Positions 43,601-51,296 of a DNA stretch of 64,000 nucleotides are shown here, one piece after another. The position numbers and the translations under genes are program-made. Numbering within the stretch: the stretch's first letter is position 1; each line of letters opens with the position of its first letter. The notes under the pieces were generated by a model, which was not told where the DNA came from, ran no database searches, and was given only the letters and a program-made list of their open reading frames with translations. Origin of the DNA: an uncultured archaeon. GTDB taxonomy: Archaea > Aenigmatarchaeota > Aenigmatarchaeia > QMZP01. The stretch spans positions 425-64,424 of the forward strand of contig CAZIAB010000001.1 in NCBI GenBank assembly GCA_964537525.1, given 5' to 3'.

Positions 43601-44718
43601 TCTCCGAAGAGAACGGAATCCTTGAGAAGCTGATTTCAGTTTCCAGCTCTGATTACTTCATAGAGAAGAGCATAAGCAAGGGGGAGTATAAGAAGAGTAT
43701 GGATGAATACAGCAGGAAATACTCAGTAAACAAGAGGGAGGAGATACGGCTCAGAGTCAGGAAGATGCTCCTCAAGTCGCGCGGCAGGAAGGCTGCGGAG
43801 GGAAAGAGGATGGAGATGTTCAGGGAACTGATGGCCGAGACGCAGAACAGGTACTTCAGGGAAAGGAAGATTTCCAGGACAGTATACAATTCAACGATAA
43901 GGGAGATATCCAGGGAGATTGCTGACCTGGAGAACAGGAAAGGTGTTAGCACCTCGCTGAAGGCTGCCGTTTCCATAATGATCATCCTGTTGCTTGTGCC
44001 CATGGGGGTTGGTGCAACTCCGCAGCAGGACGCTCTCGGTGCGATAAATGCAGCGGAGGGTCAGATTTCAGACATGGAATCCCTGGGCCTTGGAACGGAA
44101 TATGCGAACGGCACCCTGAACGAGGCCAGGTTCCTATACAACGAGGGCTATTACGCCGGGGCGCAGTCCCTTGCAGAAGAGGTAGGAGATATAAAGGAAT
44201 CTGCTATAAGGGTGGACGGGCTGGTTGATGAAGTGGAGTCAAAGCTCTACGACGTCGGCGCGCAGGGAATAGACGTGTCCGGTCCGTGGGGGCTCTTCTA
44301 CCAGGCAATGGATTCGCTGGAAATGGAGGATTTCGTCACGGCAGAATCGCTTCTTGAGGAGGCATATGAAAAGCTGGACGAGCTCGAGGAGCGCGCCTCC
44401 CTCGAGAGGGCACTCGGAAGCAGCGACACCATGGGCATCGTGGTGAACAACTGGGAATGGTTTTTCTTTTTCCCGGGGCTGTTCGTTTTATGCTTCCTCA
44501 TTACGCGCAAGCTGACATCCAAGGCATTCATCAGGAAGAAGATTAAAAGGCTGGAGAGGGAGAGGGATGACATATCGGGCATGATAAAGGAGGCCCAGAA
44601 AATGTATTTCCAGGATGACAGCCTCGGAAAGATAGAGTATGAGAGCAGGGTGGACAGGTACAATGAGAGACTTGTAGACGCTAAGAAGAACCTGACCGCC
44701 ATGAGGAAGAGGCTTTAG
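40660..44718 (+). CDS. giant surface protein (1352 aa): signal peptide, N-terminal ConA-like/LamG lectin-fold domain, long N-x-S/T-rich beta-rich region, then a duplicated [TM helix + cytoplasmic SHOCT-like coiled-coil] module at the C-terminus
   Basis: Signal peptide MVFHTRRLLAFAFLFLAVTPGLVMA|AP. LamG-like core (GSIEMWVKP...WHHVAATW...LYVDS...GTMDEFRI). Dense sequons. Near the C-terminus, TM(LLIILSFAGLSVIMFF)-IKRLSEENGILEKL...SISKGEYKKSMDEYSRKY is followed by a second TM(WEWFFFFPGLFVLCFLI)-IKRLERERDDISGMIKE...LGKIEYESRVDRYNERL. Confidence 0.75.
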   Translation: MVFHTRRLLAFAFLFLAVTPGLVMAAPSVSLSSPDDGNVSLSGSVAFECNATADSLTELALYTDIIGGWSAYETAYYGQLSEDSNTLLLCNFTGYACSDSTGTDSGTSITAGKIGGGVFVDGTDTLTFSSAGNFDVLEGSIEMWVKPEGNLSGQHWLFIVAQSPSVHTTEYRLWIADDVLYFRFMDEYESPSSVWRDVSSWNPGEWHHVAATWKASTDSMELYVDSSTGGNSYNIGGMGYMGSMGDTMYVGSYKLGSGQFNGTMDEFRISDYEKSASEINDSYMTGLTNVTSAGGQWTVSGISDGTYVWNCMATDNASVTGWNDTNRTLYVDASSPPVVNSVTTVPNTTDGLDPGIDINVTANITDVSGVNASILMYRRSGTSTWSNVTMNNITPDIWNGSFPVPLPPGTWEYAIWYNDSNSHSNQTAVMNVSAEYDYSWSLSPSSMGTTYIVAGETGTLGDLHITNTGEYPLNFNISSTWGDTSFNVSDPDSFDIGVGQSRTINVTVTASVTPYEYAVNITIGCTTPGASTTSSVVDASLISYVGGPQLTVTITNHPVSVLQSQSNIVFNATVKNIGNETANGTWINWTFPAGWSNSSGNVTYFAGNIAAGSTFYSNIVMYTSSSAAAGVSQVYLNASSNQTYNGSDSTLIGISCSSSDSVCGSGCTYLTDSNCAAPGGDGGSSGTSGTVVSGGGRASYYRLDLKLPARLDLFRGDIEDVEIVVMNTNNVGFSELTLSSGGYRSTLISLYSGIQNGTIEANSEMPFTLRINVPGYMAYGEYPVTITATAYGGLNTTVEGSATIRLLVHSVDENETISLFREAQKAIGIMNSAGIPTNRTSRILEAASSYLDDWNYDKVKELSLLILGYKNSSLAARAMLGELDEGIWYAERYGLSFPETTKLKSLAYSALAREDFQRAEDRSESALLTLAVETGTVLPLFMFIENNWLLIILSFAGLSVIMFFGRRVVILSLIERRIKRLSEENGILEKLISVSSSDYFIEKSISKGEYKKSMDEYSRKYSVNKREEIRLRVRKMLLKSRGRKAAEGKRMEMFRELMAETQNRYFRERKISRTVYNSTIREISREIADLENRKGVSTSLKAAVSIMIILLLVPMGVGATPQQDALGAINAAEGQISDMESLGLGTEYANGTLNEARFLYNEGYYAGAQSLAEEVGDIKESAIRVDGLVDEVESKLYDVGAQGIDVSGPWGLFYQAMDSLEMEDFVTAESLLEEAYEKLDELEERASLERALGSSDTMGIVVNNWEWFFFFPGLFVLCFLITRKLTSKAFIRKKIKRLERERDDISGMIKEAQKMYFQDDSLGKIEYESRVDRYNERLVDAKKNLTAMRKRL

Positions 44719-45332
44719 CCGGGCGGGAGCTCGGGGGTGTCGAGACCGGACAGGCCGTAAGGCCAGACAGCACCTGAATCGTGGCTTATCTTCCCTGGCT
44801 CATCGGGGGGTTTTCCTTCCCTGTCCATGGCCGTAAGGTCCTTTGTTTCATCAGCGAACATGACTAAATCGTCTATGAATTCATCAACGTTGACTTCGGA
44901 AACGGTATCCCTCGAAATCATGTAAACAATCTTGCCGGGATTCCCTGCCTTGACGCTGTTGGTGAACCTGAGCACGGATGATGGCTCATGGTATCTGAGG
45001 AGGCAGGATATGTCATCGAACACGAAGGCGTTGCACCTCTTCTTCATCCTGAGTATTGCCCCGGAAATCTCATCAATCGCAGAGGGTGAGGATATGTATA
45101 AGCATCTCTCTGTGGATTCCTGGCTCGAATAGTGGCTGCTGAGGGTGTCTATGAAGCAAAGACTCTTTGCGTCAATGCCGTTCTTTTTCAGTGTTTTCAT
45201 TGCAGAAGAAACAGTATCACTGAGGCACACGTAGCATATCCTATGGTTCCTGAGCTTCTTGATGATGTTCGTTTTCTTGAAATGCTCATCAGACCTTATG
45301 AGGAAAATGAAGAGCCCGTTCTTATCAAACAT
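44715..45332 (-). CDS. inactivated KaiC/RecA-like domain protein, paralog 2 (no P-loop)
   Basis: 205 aa. ICYVCLSDTVSSAMKTLKKNGIDAKSLCFIDT...CLYISSPSAIDEISGAILRMKKRCNAFVFDDISCLLRY...KIVYMISRD aligns to the ORF at 34242 and to the KaiC core, but lacks Walker A. It ends in a P/G-rich tail. Convergent with the 1352-aa gene, overlapping it by 4 bp. Confidence 0.55.
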   Translation of the reverse strand: MFDKNGLFIFLIRSDEHFKKTNIIKKLRNHRICYVCLSDTVSSAMKTLKKNGIDAKSLCFIDTLSSHYSSQESTERCLYISSPSAIDEISGAILRMKKRCNAFVFDDISCLLRYHEPSSVLRFTNSVKAGNPGKIVYMISRDTVSEVNVDEFIDDLVMFADETKDLTAMDREGKPPDEPGKISHDSGAVWPYGLSGLDTPELPPG

Positions 45333-45377
45333 TGCAACACAAGTATTATTTGGTTTCCGGATGACTTAAAATTATGC

Positions 45378-48300
45378 TTACTTCAGTGCATCCCTTATCT
45401 TCCTGTCAATCTCTCCGACCTTTTCCTCGCTCCTCTTCCTCATGCTCTCGAATGCCTCCTTTGATATTATTCCTGACTTGTACTGGTTCTCAAGGAGCCT
45501 TAGCATCCTCTGGTTCTTCGCCTTCTCTGTCCTCAGAACGTCCACGTCGCTGCTGGGCCTGACGGCTCCTGCAACCTGCCTCGCCTCGGACAGCCTTCCC
45601 TTGAGAAGAATCTTCAGGTTCCTGGTCATCCTCCTCATGAAGATTACCAGGACTGCTATTACCACTGCAAACACTATGATAAGTATGACCCACCATGGAA
45701 GGAAGCCGCGCGACAGTATGTCATCGAGCAGGTCCTCTGCCTCCCTTATGAGCTGCCATGCATTGTATACAGAATCGAGCGCGGCATCGTACAGCTCCTT
45801 CTGGAGGTAGTTCTCGGCGAGCTCTATCTCGTTCTCTATGTCCTTTATGAGGTCTTCCACGGGCGAGACGTCGTACCCCGATGCCTTCGCGCTCTCTGTC
45901 CTTGTCTTGAGCTCCCTGAGCTTGGCCTTGAGCCTGACGAGCTCGAAGTCTATGAGCTCCTTCCTGGAGGTGAAGACGAAGAGTGTGAATACCTTGCTGT
46001 CCTTTGACTGGTTGGAATCCGCGGTTATCATGACCTCGTGCTGCCCGGATGCTATCCCGAAGGGGACGAGTATCTTCATGGTGAAGGTTGCCTCCTCTCC
46101 CGCTGCCAGAGTCCCTATGTTCCTCGGTTCGATGATGAACCAGTTTTCCTCTGTCGAGCGGGCGGTCAACTGGACGTTGGTGGCGGGGGAGTCGCCGGTA
46201 TTCTTGACGAGTATGTTGACGTACCTTATCACACCGACCTCGACACCCACCTCCCTGTCGTACTCTGTTATGTTCAGCCTGGCCTGGCCGCCGCCCCCTC
46301 CGGGCCCTGCCTCCTCTGGCGCGCCTCCCTCCTCTCCGCTCGGCGGGGGCGGGGCAGGTGCCTCGCCTATGACGTCAAAGGTCCCGTTGGCAGTGGCATA
46401 GAGGTTATTGACCGTGTTGTACGTCACCTTCACGTTGAGCGTGTAGGTTCCCGGCGGCTGGCTGGTGAATATGTAGGCGCTGACAGAGGGGTCAGTGCTC
46501 GCATCGAAAGTCTTGTTCTCCCCCGCGCCTATGTTGGCTGAGAAGTGCTGGTAGTCCCAGGTCTGCCCCTGGCCAGAGACCCAGTATTCTATCAGGACGT
46601 CAAGGTTGTCAACGTCGCCCTTGTTCTCGGCGTAAAGCTCGAAGTTGAGGATGTCCCCTGGCTCGACCTCCTTGTTTAGTATGTTGACCCCGACGTCGTA
46701 GGGCCCTCCCAGGGAGACCCTTATGTAATCATAGGCAACCGTGTAATACCCTCCTATGGTGGCATTGAGTATGACGTTGTATACCCCGACCGGTGCCAGG
46801 GGCGGCATGGCATAGTTGTAGGTATAGACTCCCACCGACTCCCTTGTCATGCTCGCCTTCGTGGTGCTGAAGTACGGACTGTTGACGGGGTTCAGCACGT
46901 TCAGGTTTATGCTGTCCGGGTCCGTGAGCATGCCAGAGCTGTCAGTGAACCACATCACGAACTTCATGATGCTGTTCTGGTACCAGAGCGGGTAGATTCT
47001 CATGTCAGCGTGTATGCCGTAGCTCGGCGGGTGGTCGGTCATGGTGAAGGTGTAGTTCTGGGTGCTGTTGACGTAAAAGCCGACCTGCGTCTCGTAATAT
47101 GTGGAGTTTACGAGGACCGTGTAGTTTCCTGCCGGATAGCCGTAGGTGGGGAAGTCGATGTATATCCCCGCGTAATCGTTCCTTATGAAGCCGTCGCTCT
47201 CTGTCAGGTATGACTTGTTGAAGATTGTCTCGTTATCAGGGTTTAGTATCACGACTTCGACGGTGACGTTGCCTATATTCTGCTCGCCTGAAGATTCCTT
47301 TGCCCTGTAATAGACAGAGCCCTGGTATCCCTGGTTGCTGTATTCATCGCTCAGGGTGAACATTATCGGGCTCAGTTTCGTGTATACGTAGAAGGTGTCG
47401 CTTCCTGTCTCATTCTCGCCCAGGTCGTCCTCTGCATACACCCATGCCGTGTAGTTTCCGATGTAGGTGGTGTTGCCCCACGTGGAGGGATAATATGCAT
47501 ACCAGCACGAGGTGCTTCCCGGACCGCTTCCGGTGCATCCCCCCCAGTAAAGCCTGGTCATCGAGACGGTGTTGTTGGTCCCGTCGGGCCTGGTCACCGT
47601 CACGTTGATGGGCATGAGTATCGGGCGGTCGGACTGGGCCGTGACGTTTGAGTATATGAGAACGCTCCCCAGCTGCTCTGCGTAATCGGGTATGACCTCG
47701 ACGTCCACGATGGGCTTTATGTAGGGGCTCAGCAGGATTGTCACGTCGATTTCATCGGGCTCGGCAGAAGCGTTGGTTGCATTTATCGTGTAGTTGGCTG
47801 TCCATGTGCTCTGGCCCGCGATTCCGCTGACGTTGTAGTAGAACGTCAGCTCGTACTCATCATCCGAATCTATGGCGAAGGCCGTGGAACTGACGTTGGT
47901 GTGGTTTACCTCCGCGGGGGTGACGCTGAAATCAATCAGCACGTTTCCTGTATTGTTAACTAGAACCATGCAGGCGACTCCCACGTCAGGGCTCTGGGAG
48001 TGCTCGCAATAGGTCTCATTCACGTACCAGCTGGCGTTGACAGGGACTGTCAGGCTCACGTTGAGCGAGAAGTTCCCGGCGTTGTTCGATGTTATGTTGA
48101 GCGTCCCGTTGTAGGTTCCCGGCGGGTATGCGAAGGGGACGGTGGCATTGAGCAGGATTTCCTGGGACTGGCCTGTGGAGAGGTCGTGCGGGCCTTCTGA
48201 TGAGAGAGTGGCAGATAAGCTCCCGGGACCTGTCAGGTTCAGGGTGACGTTATAGACAACGTCATTCCCTGAAGAGAGGATAGTCACATTGCCGAAGCTG

Positions 48301-51296
48301 CCGGAGGTCCCATGCTCGAGAGAGCCCGTGATATTTTCCTTGTCAACCTCCAGTGTAACGTTCGGTGTTACGGTGACGTTGACAATGCTCCAGTTGTACA
48401 TCGTCCCTATGTCAATCTCTTCCCAGCTAACGGTGACGTTTATGGTATAGTTTCCCGCAGGCGTCCCGCTCATCACGGTGACGTTGTACGTAACGTTGCA
48501 GGAAGAATCAACTGACACGTTGCCGCAGTCATATGACGTCCCCCCTGTCGCGTTCAGGTAACCGAGATCCATCGAGAGGTTTATCTCTGTGTCGAATGCC
48601 GTAACTGCCCCTATGTTAGTCGTGTTTACAGAGAGGTTGAAGGAATCGCCGGCATACCAGTTCACGATGTCCGTGGTGAAGTTGCCGGGCGTCACGTTGA
48701 TTGAGACATTGGTTCCGGAAACTATCACAGTGAGATTGATTAGATGGAAGTCGCTGGTGGTTGATACGTTCAGCGTCCCGTTGAAGATTCCCGGGGCCTG
48801 GTCCGAGGAGACGTTCACGTTAACCGTGACGTCCTGGTCAGTTCCGGGATTTATGTAAGATATCGGACCGGCAGGATTGAATATGAACTGGAAGTCATCC
48901 AGACCAGTCACGGTGAAGTTGACGTCCTCAATCCTGTAGTTTCCCGTGGAGTTTATGTTTATCGTGCCCATCTGCTTCTCGAACCCGGGACCCACCCTGA
49001 CAGAGAGATTATCGGTGTCAACGAGCATTATTGGGTTCTGGGCTATCGTCACGTTGAAGAGGGTGTAATTGTAGTCAGTGGAAGCGTCTGGATTCGTCCA
49101 GTCTATCGTTATGTTGAATTCATAGGTCTCGTTGGTTGATGCCGCAAGCGCGGTTAAGTTGAAGTGCCTGACACAGCTCAGGTCTATGAGGACGTCGCTG
49201 CAGGAATAGAAGGTCTCGTTGGAGGAGAAGTTCTGGGGAACGGACATGGTGATGTTGGTATCGTATGCGGTGCCGTTGCCTATGTTGCTCATCGTGACCG
49301 TGAGGATAAAGCTTTCGTTGTCGTACCAAGTAACGTTGGTAAGGACCTTGGAAACGGGACTGGGTGTCACCGTTGCGTTGGTAGTGGGAGCTTCGACAGC
49401 GAAGTTGTCGTAATCCGTGCCGTTGTTCCCGTCCCTGATTGCCGTGCAGTTCAGGTAATAGAGGCCGAGCCCGCTGGGCGCGGTGAAGTTTATGCTGTAG
49501 CTGCCGTCACCGTTGTCCGTTATGTTATCCACGTTCGTCTTGTCCCCGGGACTATCGGAATGGTAATATGTACAGTTGACGTCATCTGCCCCTGATATGT
49601 TGGTATCCTGCCTGTAGTTCTTTACCCATAAAGTTGCATTTACTTCCCTGTCAGGTAGGCCGGAGGGGTTCAGAATCGTGAGCGAAGCATAGAACTGGGC
49701 CGTGACGTTGAATGTGTGGTAGGATTCATTGAGCAGGTATCCGTCATGGTTGTATATCCTTGCTGTGTAGTTCCAGTAGCCCTCCGCGGACGTGCTTGGG
49801 AGGGTATAGAGGTTTGACCAGACACCGTCCCCTGCTGCCTGGTCGCCGTGGCCGGAATCGCTGTCATCATAGAGGACAATCGTAACATCATCAGCCGTGG
49901 ATGGCGTTCCCATGTCAAGGGTCGCGTTGGTGTGGTTGGTGAGGTTCCACCCGTCAACCGTGACGTTTACCCAAAGAAGGACGGTCTCGTTCCTGTTGTA
50001 TATGGTGTAGTTTGTTTGAGGGTAGGAAGCTATTATCCATTTCTCTGCAGCGGATTCCGTTATCTCCGGCGCGTACTGGAGGTTGCTCCTGACGTTCGTC
50101 ACCAGGCTCGGTGTCCTTGCGGAATGGCTCGATACGAAGACCGTCTTAGCCCATATGGAAGAGCCGGGGGACATGGTGGCCTCGGGGTTCATCCTGATTC
50201 CAATCCTGCCCAGCGCGGTGCTGTTATCGGCATAAAGGCTGGACGTGCTGGAGTTCTCCAGGATTATCCCGGTTATGTGGCTCGCCGAAAGGTAGGTGGC
50301 CATGATCCATGAGAAAGGGTTGGTCGAGTTCTTGTCCAGGATGTTGTAGGTAGAACTGTACGCGAGGCTCGCGTCGAATGCAGGGGCCCCTGCATCTGCG
50401 CTCCTGTTCACTGAGTACGTGGCATTGTTGGTTATGTTGTACTCGAGCCTGTACCAGGGAATGGTCGGGTAGAAGTAGTATTTCTTCGTTATGAGGGTCT
50501 CGTTCGTAACGTTGTCGATCTGTCCCCAATATACCTCGTCACCCGTCTGGGTCACGGTTATCCTCACATTGCCTACCACTGCATCCATGCTCATGTTGAG
50601 GTCCCAGCTGAAGTTGTGGCTCCCGTTGGTGAACGCCAGGTATTCCCTTGTCCTCTGGCCGCTGCTGCTGTATATGAACTGCTCCTCTTCGTGGGCGATG
50701 TCGTAGACCCTGTAGAGGCCTGAGGTGTTCTCCCCGCGCCTCGTGTCGAAATAGAACAGGTAGTTGGTGTTATTTATGTAGAACTCGTCACCGGAGGGGT
50801 TGAACGTTATGTTGTAGCCGAGCTCCTGGTAGCTCCAGGTTCTTTCCTGTTTCTGGCCGTTCTGCACGGTATCAAAATACAGGTAGAAATTCCTGTCCTT
50901 GCTCTCGTTGTACCATGTCGTCCCGTTCAGTATGAATATTACCTCGCCGTTTGCTGATGCCGCTGCATCATAGTCTCCGTTGGGGTCGAACTGCACAGGG
51001 AGCTCTTGCAGGACAGCGCCTGTGGAGACGTTGTATTCAACCAACCTGAGGGAGAGGTTATCGAAGGTTCCTGAGGCTGACATGTTCTCGAGCAGGTAGG
51101 TGAAGTTCACCTGGTACTCCACGGGCCAGTCGGTCCTGTTCTCGCCCGAGGTGTTTATGTCGAGCCTTATCCTGTAGTGCCAGGACGAGTTCCACCAGAC
51201 GTCATTATAGTTCTCTGACCTGGTAAAGCTGTTGCTGATGATAAACCCTGCCAGCACAATCGCCAGCATCAGTGCCAGGCCAATTCTTTTATTCAT
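45378..51296 (-). CDS. giant surface protein (1972 aa): signal peptide, very long N-x-S/T-saturated beta-rich ectodomain, P/G-rich linker, CARDB-like domain, helical stalk, TM helix, cytoplasmic SHOCT-like tail
   Basis: MNKRIGLALMLAIVLAGFIISNSF signal peptide. About 7 sequons per 100 aa where I counted. The APAPPPPSGEEGGAPEEAGPGGGGG linker is followed by LNITEYDREVGVEVGVIRYVNILVKNTGDSPATNVQLTARS (CARDB-like), a coiled stalk and TM (WWVILIIVFAVVIAVLVIF). The C-terminal ...LLENQYKSGIISKEAFESMRKRSEEKV matches the SHOCT consensus. Confidence 0.75.
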   Translation of the reverse strand: MNKRIGLALMLAIVLAGFIISNSFTRSENYNDVWWNSSWHYRIRLDINTSGENRTDWPVEYQVNFTYLLENMSASGTFDNLSLRLVEYNVSTGAVLQELPVQFDPNGDYDAAASANGEVIFILNGTTWYNESKDRNFYLYFDTVQNGQKQERTWSYQELGYNITFNPSGDEFYINNTNYLFYFDTRRGENTSGLYRVYDIAHEEEQFIYSSSGQRTREYLAFTNGSHNFSWDLNMSMDAVVGNVRITVTQTGDEVYWGQIDNVTNETLITKKYYFYPTIPWYRLEYNITNNATYSVNRSADAGAPAFDASLAYSSTYNILDKNSTNPFSWIMATYLSASHITGIILENSSTSSLYADNSTALGRIGIRMNPEATMSPGSSIWAKTVFVSSHSARTPSLVTNVRSNLQYAPEITESAAEKWIIASYPQTNYTIYNRNETVLLWVNVTVDGWNLTNHTNATLDMGTPSTADDVTIVLYDDSDSGHGDQAAGDGVWSNLYTLPSTSAEGYWNYTARIYNHDGYLLNESYHTFNVTAQFYASLTILNPSGLPDREVNATLWVKNYRQDTNISGADDVNCTYYHSDSPGDKTNVDNITDNGDGSYSINFTAPSGLGLYYLNCTAIRDGNNGTDYDNFAVEAPTTNATVTPSPVSKVLTNVTWYDNESFILTVTMSNIGNGTAYDTNITMSVPQNFSSNETFYSCSDVLIDLSCVRHFNLTALAASTNETYEFNITIDWTNPDASTDYNYTLFNVTIAQNPIMLVDTDNLSVRVGPGFEKQMGTININSTGNYRIEDVNFTVTGLDDFQFIFNPAGPISYINPGTDQDVTVNVNVSSDQAPGIFNGTLNVSTTSDFHLINLTVIVSGTNVSINVTPGNFTTDIVNWYAGDSFNLSVNTTNIGAVTAFDTEINLSMDLGYLNATGGTSYDCGNVSVDSSCNVTYNVTVMSGTPAGNYTINVTVSWEEIDIGTMYNWSIVNVTVTPNVTLEVDKENITGSLEHGTSGSFGNVTILSSGNDVVYNVTLNLTGPGSLSATLSSEGPHDLSTGQSQEILLNATVPFAYPPGTYNGTLNITSNNAGNFSLNVSLTVPVNASWYVNETYCEHSQSPDVGVACMVLVNNTGNVLIDFSVTPAEVNHTNVSSTAFAIDSDDEYELTFYYNVSGIAGQSTWTANYTINATNASAEPDEIDVTILLSPYIKPIVDVEVIPDYAEQLGSVLIYSNVTAQSDRPILMPINVTVTRPDGTNNTVSMTRLYWGGCTGSGPGSTSCWYAYYPSTWGNTTYIGNYTAWVYAEDDLGENETGSDTFYVYTKLSPIMFTLSDEYSNQGYQGSVYYRAKESSGEQNIGNVTVEVVILNPDNETIFNKSYLTESDGFIRNDYAGIYIDFPTYGYPAGNYTVLVNSTYYETQVGFYVNSTQNYTFTMTDHPPSYGIHADMRIYPLWYQNSIMKFVMWFTDSSGMLTDPDSINLNVLNPVNSPYFSTTKASMTRESVGVYTYNYAMPPLAPVGVYNVILNATIGGYYTVAYDYIRVSLGGPYDVGVNILNKEVEPGDILNFELYAENKGDVDNLDVLIEYWVSGQGQTWDYQHFSANIGAGENKTFDASTDPSVSAYIFTSQPPGTYTLNVKVTYNTVNNLYATANGTFDVIGEAPAPPPPSGEEGGAPEEAGPGGGGGQARLNITEYDREVGVEVGVIRYVNILVKNTGDSPATNVQLTARSTEENWFIIEPRNIGTLAAGEEATFTMKILVPFGIASGQHEVMITADSNQSKDSKVFTLFVFTSRKELIDFELVRLKAKLRELKTRTESAKASGYDVSPVEDLIKDIENEIELAENYLQKELYDAALDSVYNAWQLIREAEDLLDDILSRGFLPWWVILIIVFAVVIAVLVIFMRRMTRNLKILLKGRLSEARQVAGAVRPSSDVDVLRTEKAKNQRMLRLLENQYKSGIISKEAFESMRKRSEEKVGEIDRKIRDALK
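46285..46365. repeat. GC-rich low-complexity tract encoding a Pro/Gly/Ala/Glu linker in the 1972-aa protein
   Basis: ggccgccgccccctccgggccctgcctcctctggcgcgcctccctcctctccgctcggcgggggcggggcagg on the plus strand. It corresponds to APAPPPPSGEEGGAPEEAGPGGGGG in the minus-strand product. Confidence 0.6.
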
